Assembly (NCBI GenBank): GCA_004431415.1 | Contig: QPMI01000579.1 | Coordinates: 124,001-188,000, forward strand | Length of the DNA stretch: 64,000 bases | Source of the DNA: Cyanophora paradoxa CCMP329 | Lineage: Eukaryota; Plantae; Glaucophyta | Direction of reading: 5' to 3' | Shown here: in pieces, positions 11,001 through 23,000 of the stretch | How positions within the stretch are numbered: position 1 is the stretch's first letter | Layout: the number at the start of each line of letters is the position of its first letter | Program-made: the position numbers and the translations under genes | The notes under the pieces: model-generated | Seen by the model: the letters and a program-made list of their open reading frames with translations, nothing else | Told to the model about the DNA's origin: nothing | Database searches by the model: none

Positions 11001-14000
11001 TGCGTCGTTGGGAATGAATGGACCGCCAGCAACAATGACGCTGGTGCCGGCGGTGGCGCTGAAGGCAACGGGCTCGGCACTCGACGCGACGGTGGCAGGG
11101 TTGACTCGGAACGATTGCGCAAAGACGCCGACTCCAGTACCGGGGCTGCGGATTACAACGTCGTACAGCCCCGCCGCGACCGCCACGTTGACGGGCACAG
11201 CAAGGGATGATGCGCTTTGCGGCAGGACGCCACCAGGCGCGGAGACCTCTGTCCGGTTGAAGAAGACGCGGAGACGTTCCGATAGGCTGAAGGGCGTCGC
11301 CTAGAGCGCGGCGTTAGCAACAGGCATTCTTCGTGAGGCAGAGAGACTCGCGCACCGCGTCCGCCACGATCGTGAGAGTCAAGGATAGCGCCTCGGGGCC
11401 GTCGGCTGGTGAGACGCTGGCCGCCGTCCGCGGGCGCTCTCCGACCACGGTGATACTCTGCTGCACGATGCCGACCTCGGGCACAAAGACTCGGATGGGA
11501 TACGTTCCCGGGTGCAAGAACGAAACGGGCAGGACGATTTCAATCCGCAGAGAACCGTTTCCGAAGCGCTCGATATTCGCGCTCGGTGCTAGCCAGGCAC
11601 CTGAGCCGATGTCTACAAGAACGGCTCTGGCGAGAGAGGTCAGATTCTGAGGCAGGCCAACGACGTCGAGGACGATGCGATTCAGCACTGCATTGGATAC
11701 GACAGTGTCGAGCATTGGCGCCAACGCCGGTGGAGGCGTCGCGACGACGAGAACTTGCAGCGCTACGGGCGGGAATCTGAAGCCGGGGAAATAGAGCGTA
11801 ATTGTCTGGAAGCCGGGCTGAGTGCCAGCGCCGATGTTGCAGACAATCGAATCGCTGCCCGCCCGATGGACGGCGGAGATGAAGCCCCCAGAAATGGTGG
11901 CCGTGACGTCGCCGAGGTTGAGGTCAGGCGTGTACTCCAGTCCGCCGAATCGAACCGTGGCGTTCGTACCCACTCCGCTCGAAATGACTTCATCGAAGAA
12001 AAACGTCACCGAAACATTGCGCCCGTAAATCACGACGAATTCAGGGACGACCGAAGCCTCAGTCAGATTGTAGATCATCTGGAGAGGTCGATTGATAATT
12101 AATTGCTGAGGCCATTACTCGAGCAACACTGATACGCACCTCCAAGTCGTATATTCCGACGGGTAGAGGATCCGCTTTGATAAATACCCGGATAAGATTG
12201 CCGGTAATCGAGAAGTCCATGCGATGGCGCGACGCCAGTGTGGTGTGCAAGAGTTGAACGATGAGAAGGTTCGGGTTCCACGGCGAAGGAGGGGTAGCGA
12301 TGGACACATCCAACTGTGTTGTGCTATTTCCAGCCGTTGATCGTATTATTGAACGATGGGCATCCACTGACGTTGCGTTGCGGTCGTTGCTTGCCGACAC
12401 GACGTGAAGAGCGCGAAGCTTCGACATGGCAGGCTGATCGGCTGTGACGATCCGGAGGTCGTATGTGCCTGCTGGAGCGCCTTCCGTCTGGACACGAATC
12501 CTGATCTCATCCGAGCCTGCATAATTGATGCGTAAGTGCATCGCCAAGCGCAGCAATTTAGATATCCGTACCCAGGCGCCGAACTTCGAGGACAGTGAGC
12601 GAAGGAGCCGTGGAGAGGCTTGCGAGTGCAGTCGATGAATCCGGCAAGATGATGGATGGCCTCAGAGTGACAGTGATGGAGCCGTTAAATTCAGGACGAA
12701 GCCCCGTCAAGACAACAACGGTAGTAGAATTCGCTTTATTGCTCACAACAGGGTCCGCCACCGAGACCACCTTCGGCACTGCGCCGCCCGGGCTCAGTCG
12801 GGCGAAACGGTTTACGCTGCCGACGCAGCGGGGCCTGCGCTAGTCTCTCCCCGCGCAGCGCGAGTGGCGGCTTGATCTCACCTTCTGCGTCCACCACCCG
12901 GACGGCGTCGTCGAGCTTCGCCGTCCCCTGCACCGGCGACACGACCTGCGGCACCCCGTCGGCCCAGCCCGCCCACCGCGGAAGCTGCGCCCGGCGCCGC
13001 GCACCCGCAGGTCGTACACGCCGGGCGGGGCGCCGGCCAGCACCGTGAACTCCAGCGTGTCGTTCGTGCCCGGCACCGGCCGCACGCCCGCCACCGCACA
13101 CGGGCCAGCGTGACCGTCGCGTTCGCGAGCGCCGCGGCGTCCTCGACGCCGGCGACGCGGACGTAGGTCGTCAGGTTCGCCTGCGTGGATACAACGCGAT
13201 CCTGCACGCCTCCCGCGGCAAGTCCAAGCGGGCCTAGGCCCGTCACGAGCACCGCGTGCGGGAGCCGCGCAGCCGGCTGCGTTCCATCCGCCGTCGCCAC
13301 CGTGAGGTCGTACTTGCCGGGCTTTGCACCGGCGGTCTCGACCTCCAGCTCGAGCGTGCCGTTGTCTGCCGCGCCGCAGCCGGCAAGCGTCAGCTGCCGC
13401 TTCGCGCGGTCGGACCGGCAGCCCGAGTTTCGCGGGCGCACCGAGGCGGGTCACCCGCAGCACGGGGAGGGCCGGCTCGTCAGGGCTGGGCAGCGAGTGC
13501 GGCGCGGGGGAGCCGTTGGGCAGCGTCGGAGATCTCGTCAGGGAGGCGACGAGCGGCGCGCTCGTGTTCGGCACCAGGCCCGCGACGTTCACGCCAACCG
13601 TCGAGATGTTCGCGCGATTGCTGACGACAGGGTCCGCCACCGAGACCACCTTCGGCACTGCGCCGCCCGGGCTCAGTCGGGCGAAACGGTTTACGCTGCC
13701 AACGCAGCGGGGCCTGCGCTAGTCCCTTAAATAATTCAAGCTGTGCTAAGCCACTCGAAATATTTGCTGATAAAGAAGAACCCAGAACAATGTATACTCC
13801 TTTTGTCTGACATGTGAAACGCCCATCAGCAAACGTTGATGTCCCAAGCCTTGTAAAACCAGTTGTATAACTGTTAAATTTAATAAATGTGCTCCCTGAT
13901 CCTGGCGGCTTGATCTCACCTTCTGCGTCCACCACCCGGACGGCGTCGTCGAGCTTCGCCGTCCCCTGCACCGGCGACACGACCTGCGGCACCCCGTCGG

Positions 14001-17000
14001 CCCAGCCCGCCCACCGCGGAAGCTGCGCCCGGCGCCGCGCACCCGCAGGTCGTACACGCCGGGCAGGGCGCCGGCCAGCACCGTAAACTCCAGCGTGTCG
14101 TTTGTGCCCGGCACCGGCCGCACGCCCGCCACCGCACACGGGCCCAGCGTGACCGTCGCGTTCGCGAGCGCCGCGGCGTCCTCGACGCCGGCGACGCGGA
14201 CGTAGGTCGTCAGGTTCGCCTGCGTGGATACAACGCGATCCTGCACGCCTCCCGCGGCAAGTCCAAGCGGGCCGAGGCCCGTCACGAGCACCGCGTGCGG
14301 GAGCCGCGCAGCCGGCTGCGTCCCATCCGCCGTCGCCACCGTGAGGTCGTACTTGCCGGGCTTTGCACCGGCGGTCTCGACCTCCAGCTCGAGCGTGCCG
14401 TTGTCTGCCGCGCCGCAGCCGGCAAGCGTCAGCTGCCGCTTCGCGCGGTCGGACCGGCAGCCCGAGTTTCGCGGGCGCACCGAGGCGGGTCACCCGCAGC
14501 ACGGGGAGGGCCGGCTCGTCAGGGCCGGGCAGCGAGTGCGGCGCGGGGGAGCCGTTGGGCAGCGTCGGAGATCTCGTCAGGGAGGCGACGAGCGGCGCGC
14601 TCGTGTTCGGCACCAGGCCCGCGACGTTCACGCCAACCGTCGAGATGTTCGCGCGATTGCTGACGACAGGGTCCGCCACCGAGACCACCTTCGGCACTGC
14701 GCCGCCCGGGCTCAGTCGGGCGAAACGGTTTACGCTGCCGAGGCAGCGGGGCCTGCGCTAGTCTCTCCCCGCGCAGCGCGAGTGGCGGCTTGATCTCACC
14801 TTCTGCGTCCACCACCCGGACGGCGTCGTCGAGCTTCGCCGTCCCCTGCACCGGCGACACGACCTGCGGCACCCCGTCGGCCCAGCCCGCCCACCGCGGA
14901 AGCTGCGCCCGGCGCCGCGCACCCGCAGGTCGTACACGCCGGGCGGGGCGCCGGCCAGCACCGTGAACTCCAGCGTGTCGTTCGTGCCCGGCACCGGCCG
15001 CACGCCCGCCACCGCACACGGGCCCAGCGTGACCGTCGCGTTCGCGAGCGCCGCGGCGTCCTCGACGCCGGCGACGCGGACGTAGGTCGTCAGGTTCGCC
15101 TGCGTGGATACAACGCGATCCTGCACGCCTCCCGCGGCAAGTCCAAGCGGGCCGAGGCCCGTCACGAGCACCGCGTGCGGGAGCCGCGCAGCCGGCTGCG
15201 TTCCATCCGCCGTCGCCACCGTGAGGTCGTACTTGCCGGGCTTTGCACCGGCGGTCTCGACCTCCAGCTCGAGCGTGCCGTTGTCTGCCGCGCCGCAGCC
15301 GGCAAGCGTCAGCTGCCGCTTCGCGCGGTCGGACCGGCAGCCCGAGTTTCGCGGGCGCACCGAGGCGGGTCACCCGCAGCACGGGGAGGGCCGGCTCGTC
15401 AGGGCCGGGCAGCGAGTGCGGCGCGGGGGAGCCGTTGGGCAGCGTCGGAGATCTCGTCAGGGAGGCGACGAGCGGCGCGCTCGTGTTCGGCACCAGGCCC
15501 GCGACGTTCACGCCGACCGTCGAGATGTTCGCGCGATTGCTGACGACGGGGTCCGCCACCGAGACCACCTTCGGCACTGCGCCGCCCGGGCTCAGTCGGG
15601 CGAAACGGTTTACGCTGCCGACGCAGCGGGGCCTGCGCTAGTCTCTCCCCGCGCAGCGCGAGTGGCGGCTTGATCTCACCTTCTGCGTCCACCACCCGGA
15701 CGGCGTCGTCGAGCTTCGCCGTCCCCTGCACCGGCGACACGACCTGCGGCACCCCGTCGGCCCAGCCCGCCCACCGCGGAAGCTGCGCCCGGCGCCGCGC
15801 ACCCGCAGGTCGTACACGCCGGGCGGGGCGCCGGCCAGCACCGTGAACTCCAGCGTGTCGTTCGTGCCCGGCACCGGCCGCACGCCCGCCACCGCACACG
15901 GGCCCAGCGTGACCGTCGCGTTCGCGAGCGCCGCGGCGTCCTCGACGCCGGCGACGCGGACGTAGGTCGTCAGGTTCGCCTGCGTGGATACAACGCGATC
16001 CTGCACGCCTCCCGCGGCAAGTCCAAGCGGGCCTAGGCCCGTCACGAGCACCGCGTGCGGGAGCCGCGCAGCCGGCTGCGTTCCATCCGCCGTCGCCACC
16101 GTGAGGTCGTACTTGCCGGGCTTTGCACCGGCGGTCTCGACCTCCAGCTCGAGCGTGCCGTTGTCTGCCGCGCCGCAGCCGGCAAGCGTCAGCTGCCGCT
16201 TCGCGCGGTCGGACCGGCAGCCCGAGTTTCGCGGGCGCACCGAGGCGGGTCACCCGCAGCACGGGGAGGGCCGGCTCGTCAGGGCTGGGCAGCGAGTGCG
16301 GCGCGGGGGAGCCGTTGGGCAGCGTCGGAGATCTCGTCAGGGAGGCGACGAGCGGCGCGCTCGTGTTCGGCACCAGGCCCGCGACGTTCACGCCGACCGT
16401 CGAGATGTTCGCGCGATTGCTGACGACGGGGTCCGCCACCGAGACCACCTTCGGCACTGCGCCGCCCGGGCTCAGTCGGGCGAAACGGTTTACGCTGCCG
16501 ACGCAGCGGGGCCTGCGCTAGTCCCTCCCCGCGCAGCGCGAGTGGCGGCTTGATCTCACCTTCTGCGTCCACCACCCGGACGGCGTCGTCGAGCTTCGCC
16601 GTCCCCTGCACCGGCGACACGACCTGCGGCACCCCGTCGGCCCAGCCCGCCCACCGCGGAAGCTGCGCCCGGCGCCGCGCACCCGCAGGTCGTACACGCC
16701 GGGCAGGGCGCCGGCCAGCACCGTGAACTCCAGCGTGTCGTTCGTGCCCGGCACCGGCCGCACGCCCGCCACCGCACACGGGCCAGCGTGACCGTCGCGT
16801 TCGCGAGCGCCGCGGCGTCCTCGACGCCGGCGACGCGGACGTAGGTCGTCAGGTTCGCCTGCGTGGATACAACGCGATCCTGCACGCCTCCCGCGGCAAG
16901 TCCAAGCGGGCCGAGGCCCGTCACGAGCACCGCGTGCGGGAGCCGCGCAGCCGGCTGCGTTCCATCCGCCGTCGCCACCGTGAGGTCGTACTTGCCGGGC

Positions 17001-20000
17001 TTTGCACCGGCGGTCTCGACCTCCAGCTCGAGCGTGCCGTTGTCTGCCGCGCCGCAGCCGGCAAGCGTCAGCTGCCGCTTCGCGCGGTCGGACCGGCAGC
17101 CGAGTTTCGCGGGCGCACCGAGGCGGGTCACCCGCAGCACGGGGAGGGCCGGCTCGTCAGGGCCGGGCAGCGAGTGCGGCGCGGGGGAGCCGTTGGGCAG
17201 CGTCGGAGATCTCGTCAGGGAGGCGACGAGCGGCGCGCTCGTGTTCGGCACCAGGCCCGCGACGTTCACGCCAACCGTCGAGATGTTCGCGCGATTGCTG
17301 ACGACAGGGTCCGCCACCGAGACCACCTTCGGCACTGCACCGCCCGGGCTCAGTCGGGCGAAACGGTTTACGCTGCCGACGCAGCGGGGCCTGCGCTAGT
17401 CTCTCCCCGCGCAGCGCGAGTGGCGGCTTGATCTCACCTTCTGCGTCCACCACCCGGACGGCGTCGTCGAGCTTCGCCGTCCCCTGCACCGGCGACACGA
17501 CCTGCGGCACCCCGTCGGCCCAGCCCGCCCACCGCGGAAGCTGCGCCCGGCGCCGCGCACCCGCAGGTCGTACACGCCGGGCGGGGCGCCGGCCAGCACC
17601 GTGAACTCCAGCGTGTCGTTCGTGCCCGGCACCGGCCGCACGCCCGCCACCGCACACGGGCCCAGCGTGACCGTCGCGTTCACTAGCGTCGAAGGGTCTT
17701 CCACGCCAATGATGCGAACGTACGTCGTCGTGTTGGTGGAATTTGACATGATCGCGTCTTGTAGACGAGTGGGCAGGAGGATCAGTGGGCCCAGGGGTGT
17801 TACTTGTACGAAATACTTAGGATTGTCTAGTCCGCTTACTGGTCCTTGTCTGTCGCTTGTCAGCTGCACGGGGAATGTTCCGACACTGCCACTGCTCGAT
17901 ATCAGAATCTCGACTACGTCTTCAGTCTCGTCGTATGTAATTCCGAGGACAGTCTGCCCTTGTACATGAGCACTGAATTTCGTCTGGTTTCCGCCGACGT
18001 TAAACATGAGGTTCGCAAGCTTGAAACGGATCGTTGCGTTTGCCAATCCGCTCACAACACGGTCAACATTATCTGCAACACGGGGAACTGCAGATGGAAA
18101 GTTTTAAAAGGTGGCTGTGCCTCTTTGTTTCTTGACTTAGCACTCACCTGGAAGCACGCTGACCGCGTCGAAGATGTACGCGGCACCCTGGAATGGAAGC
18201 CGCACTCGAAGATCATAAGTCCCAGCTGGCGAGCTTGCAGGAATGGCGATGATCGCAGTACTGCTGCCGTCATTGATGCTGAGCACCGTAACATTCAGAC
18301 CAATTAATTCGAACGTCGCATTGCGAATTGTCAGAGCTGGAGGGGAGTCGAGTTAGAAGAGGATCGCATGGCAGTTAAACTGGCGGTGCTCACGTTTCTG
18401 TATGGCAGTGACGGTCACCGAAATGGTCCGGTTTGCCTGTCCGCTGACAAAGAGCTTCACCCAATTCTCCACCAGGGGCACTGCAGGAGAATGGGTCAAA
18501 GTCTCAGCGAGACTTCGTCATTGCGAAAGGCTCATTATCTCGCAGACAACGCGTATGCAGAAGTCTTTTACTACGCACGCGGTAGAAGTGTCAGCGTCAC
18601 CGCCTGAGGCGACACCCAGGCGCCCTGCAGTGCCGACTCCAGAACTAGGTCGTAGTGCTGGTAAGGCGTCTCGAGGTACGTGTCGTACGACTCGTTGGCG
18701 GGGCAGCCCTTGAAGACGACGAATTCGATGACGTTGCGCTGGTTGGGAGTCTCCCTCGGGGGACCCAGGTAGCAGGCCTGCGAGGCGTTGCTGCTTGCGC
18801 GAAGGATTCCGGTGATGTTCGGTGCGGAGCCTGTGCGTGAGCGGGGGCGTTGTTTCAGCTTTCAACTTACGCTCCGAACGCCGAATCGGATATAAAGAAG
18901 CGCACCTGGATGAACATAGTTGAATCCGACCCAGATCAGGCCGTCCGACTTCGCGCTCGTAATTGAATTGGAGGTATCTGTCACAATCAGAGGTGGCAGA
19001 ATGGAGAAGCCTCCCGAAAGAATGCCGGTTCCTTGCCGTGCAGTCGTGGCAAATATATCGTATGCGCCCTCGCTGCAATTGGAAGCGACCGTTACCTCAA
19101 GCTCCACGACGTGCGGAGCTACAAGTCGCAGCGGGCGCGCGCTGGAGAGCTCGCAAGAGCCGATCGCGAGCGCGACGGGCGTGTCCTTGGAGGCATTGAC
19201 GGATGGCGCGAGCTCGATCCAAAGTCGGACGGTGTCGTTCCGGACCATGGCGGCCGTGGGAGGAAGAGCTGCCTTGATGATTGGAACTGCGAGCGAGAAA
19301 GTGTCAGGAGTTCGGATGATTGTGATTTATTACAGAAATACGCACGTGGAAGAATTTCAATGCGCTCGGAGAGGTACACGCGGCCTTCGTCAGCCAAGGT
19401 CGCCTTCAGGCTGTTTGCACAAGACCGGGACGTAATCATTAGCGCAACGATGACAGCATACATCATAGATCAAACATACACGTATAAGCCTGGAGCTATG
19501 CCGGAAGGGAAGGTCGCCTGCAAGCCGGCACTCGAAACCTTGAGAATGCCCAAGGACTTCTCGACGGCCCGAACCCCGCTCGTGTAGGTTTCCAGAACAG
19601 CCGAGACTGCCTGGTCACCAAGCGAGGGGCCGTCCAGCGTGACTACGACAGAGAGGTTCCTCTGAGTAGATTGCTCCAAGGGGTCGGGTGATGCGGACAG
19701 CACATTCCGCACAGGCGCATCGACAACAGAGAGCGCATTCATCAGCCTTGCGGATCCTTGCAACGGTGACCGAATCGTGATTGACGCCACGCCAAGTTCA
19801 ATACCCGCACTGGGGAGAAGATCGACGAAACGAATCTCAGACGACGGAGATACGAGGGCGGCGCTAGCTCCTGCGAGAACGGAAGTAGCCTGTTGCAGGC
19901 CGAGCGGAAGAGCTCCGGAGATAAGAACACGCAGGGGTGAAGTTTCCCGGCGATTGAATATCTCATCGCCGGGAGAGAGGCCGACAATTACTAGGGGCTC

Positions 20001-23000
20001 AATATCTTTTACAAGAACGGCTTGTAGAGTTCGCGCGGCCGGCTGCGTCCCATCCGCCGTCGCCACCGTGAGGTCGTACTTGCCGGGCTTTGCACCGGCG
20101 GTCTCGACCTCCAGCTCGAGCGTGCCGTTGTCTGCCGCGCCGCAGCCGGCAAGCGTCAGCTGCCGCTTCGCGCGGTCGGACCGGCAGCCCGAGTTTCGAG
20201 GGCGCACCGAGGCGGGTCACCCGCAGCACGGGGAGGGCCGGCTCGTCAGGGCCGGGCAGCGAGTGCGGCGCGGGGGAGCCGTTGGGCAGCGTCGGAGATC
20301 TCGTCAGGGAGGCGACGAGCGGCGCGCTCGTGTTCGGCACCAGGCCCGCGACGTTCACGCCGACCGTCGAGATGTTCGCGCGATTGCTGACGACAGGGTC
20401 CGCCACCGAGACCACCTTCGGCACTGCGCCGCCCGGGCTCAGTCGGGCGAAACGGTTTACGCTGCCGAGGCAGCGGGGCCTGCGCTAGTCTCTCCCCGCG
20501 CAGCGCGAGTGGCGGCTAGATCTCACCTTCTGCGTCCACCACCCGGATGGCGTCGTCGAGCTTCGCAGTCCCCTGCACCGGCGACACGACCTGCGGCACC
20601 CCGTCGGCCCAGCCCGCCCACCACGGAAGCTGCGCCCTGCGCCGCGCACCCGTAGGTCGTACACGCCGGGCGGGGCGCCGGCCAGCACCATGAACTCCAG
20701 CGTGTCGTTCGTGCCCGGCACCGGCCGCACGCCCGCCACCGCACACGGGCCCAGCGTGACCGTCGCGTTCGCGAGCGCCGCGGCGTCCTCGACGCCGGCG
20801 ACGCGGACGTAGGTCGTCAGGTTCGCCTGCGTGGATACAACGCGATCCTGCACGCCTCCCGCGGCAAGTCCAAGCGGGCCGAGGCCCGTCACGAGCACCG
20901 CGTGCGGGAGCCGCGCAGCCGGCTGCGTCCCATCCGCCGTCGCCACCGTGAGGTCGTACTTGCCGGGCTTTGCACCGGCGGTCTCGACCTCCAGCTCGAG
21001 CGTGCCGTTGTCTGCCGCGCCGCAGCCGGCAAGCGTCAGCTGCCGCTTCGCGCGGTCGGACCGGCAGCCCGAGTTTCGAGGGCGCACCGAGGCGGGTCAC
21101 CCGCAGCACGGGGAGGGCCGGCTCGTCAGGGCCGGGCAGCGAGTGCGGCGCGGGGGAGCCGTTGGGCAGCGTCGGAGATCTCGTCAGGGAGGCGACGAGC
21201 GGCGCGCTCGTGTTCGGCACCAGGCCCGCGACGTTCACGCCAACCGTCGAGATGTTCGCGCGATTGCTGACGACGGGGTCCGCCACCGAGACCACCTTCG
21301 GCACTGCGCCGCCCGGGCTCAGTCGGGCGAAACGGTTTACGCTGCCGACGCAGCGGGGCCTGCGCTAGTCTCTCCCCGCGCAGCGCGAGTGGCGGCTAGA
21401 TCTCACCTTCTGCGTCCACCACCCGGACGGCGTCGTCGAGCTTCGCCGTCCCCTGCACCGGCGACACGACCTGCGGCACTCCGTCGGCCCAGCCCGCCCA
21501 CCGCGGAAGCTGCGCCCGGCGCCGCGCACCCGCAGGTCGTACACGCCGGGCGGGGCGCCGGCCAGCACCGTAAACTCCAGCGTGTCGTTTGTGCCCGGCA
21601 CCGGCCGCACGCCTGCCACCGCACACGGGCCCAGCGTGACCGTCGCGTTCGCGAGCGCCGCGGCGTCCTCGATGCCGGCGACGCGGACGTAGGTCGTCAG
21701 GTTCGCCTGCGTGGATACAACGCGATCCTGCACGCCTCCCGCGGCAAGTCCAAGCGGGCCGAGGCCCGTCACGAGCACCGCGTGCGGGAGCCGCGCAGCC
21801 GGCTGTGTCCCATCCGCCGTCGCCACTGTGAGGTCGTACTTGCCGGGCTTTGCACCGGCGGTCTCGACCTCCAGCTCGAGCGTGCCGTTGTCTGCCGCGC
21901 CGCAGCCGGCAAGCGTCAGCTGCCGCTTCGCGCGGTCGGACCGGCAGCCCGAGTTTCGCGGGCGCACCGAGGCGGGTCACCCGCAGCACGGGGAGGGCCG
22001 GCTCGTCAGGGCCGGGCAGCGAGTGCGGCGCGGGGGAGCCGTTGGGCAGCGTCGGAGATCTCGTCAGGGAGGCGACGAGCGGCACGCTCGTGTTCGGCAC
22101 CAGGCCCGCGACGTTCACGCCAACCGTCGAGATGTTCGCGCGATTGCTGACGACAGGGTCCGCCACCGAGACCACCTTCGGCACTGCGCCGCCCGGGCTC
22201 AGTCGGGCGAACGGTTTACGCTGCCGAGGCAGCGGGGCCTGCGCTAGTCTCTCCCCGCGCAGCGCGAGTGGCGGCTTGACCTCACCTTCTGCGTTCACCA
22301 CCCGGACGGCGTCGTCGAGCTTCGCCGTCCCCTGCACCGGCGACACGACCTGCGGCACTCCGTCGGCCCAGCCCGCCCACCACGGAAGCTGCGCCCGGCG
22401 CCGCGCACCCGCAGGTCGTACACGCCGGGCAGGGCGCCGGCCAGCACCGTAAACTCCAGCGTGTCGTTTGTGCCCGGCACCGGCCGCACGCCCGCCACCG
22501 CACACGGGCCCAGCGTGACCGTCGCGTTCGCGAGCGCCGCGGCGTCCTCGACGCCGGCGACGCGGACGTAGGTCGTCAGGTTCGCCTGCGTGGATACAAC
22601 GCGATCCTGCACGCCTCCCGCGGCAAGTCCAAGCGGGCCGAGGCCCGTCACGAGCACCGCGTGCGGGAGCCGCGCAGCCGGCTGCGTCCCATCCGCCGTC
22701 GCCACCGTGAGGTCGTACTTGCCGGGCTTTGCACCGGCGGTCTCGACCTCCAGCTCGAGCGTGCCGTTGTCTGCCGCGCCGCAGCCGGCAAGCGTCAGCT
22801 GCCGCTTCGCGCAGCGGGACTGGCAGCCCGAGTTTCGCGGGCGCACCGAGGCGGGTCACCCGCAGCACGGGGAGGGCCGGCTCGTCAGGGCCGGGCAGCG
22901 AGTGCGGCGCGGGGGAGCCGTTGGGCAGCGTCGGAGATCTCGTCAGGGAGGCGACGAGCGGCGCGCTCGTGTTCGGCACCAGGCCCGCGACGTTCACGCC

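Noticed and set aside
13728-13902. Transposon/MITE or Introner identity for the insertion
   Set aside because: It has no terminal inverted repeats, no target-site duplication and no poly(A) tail; 16 bp of target are deleted instead.
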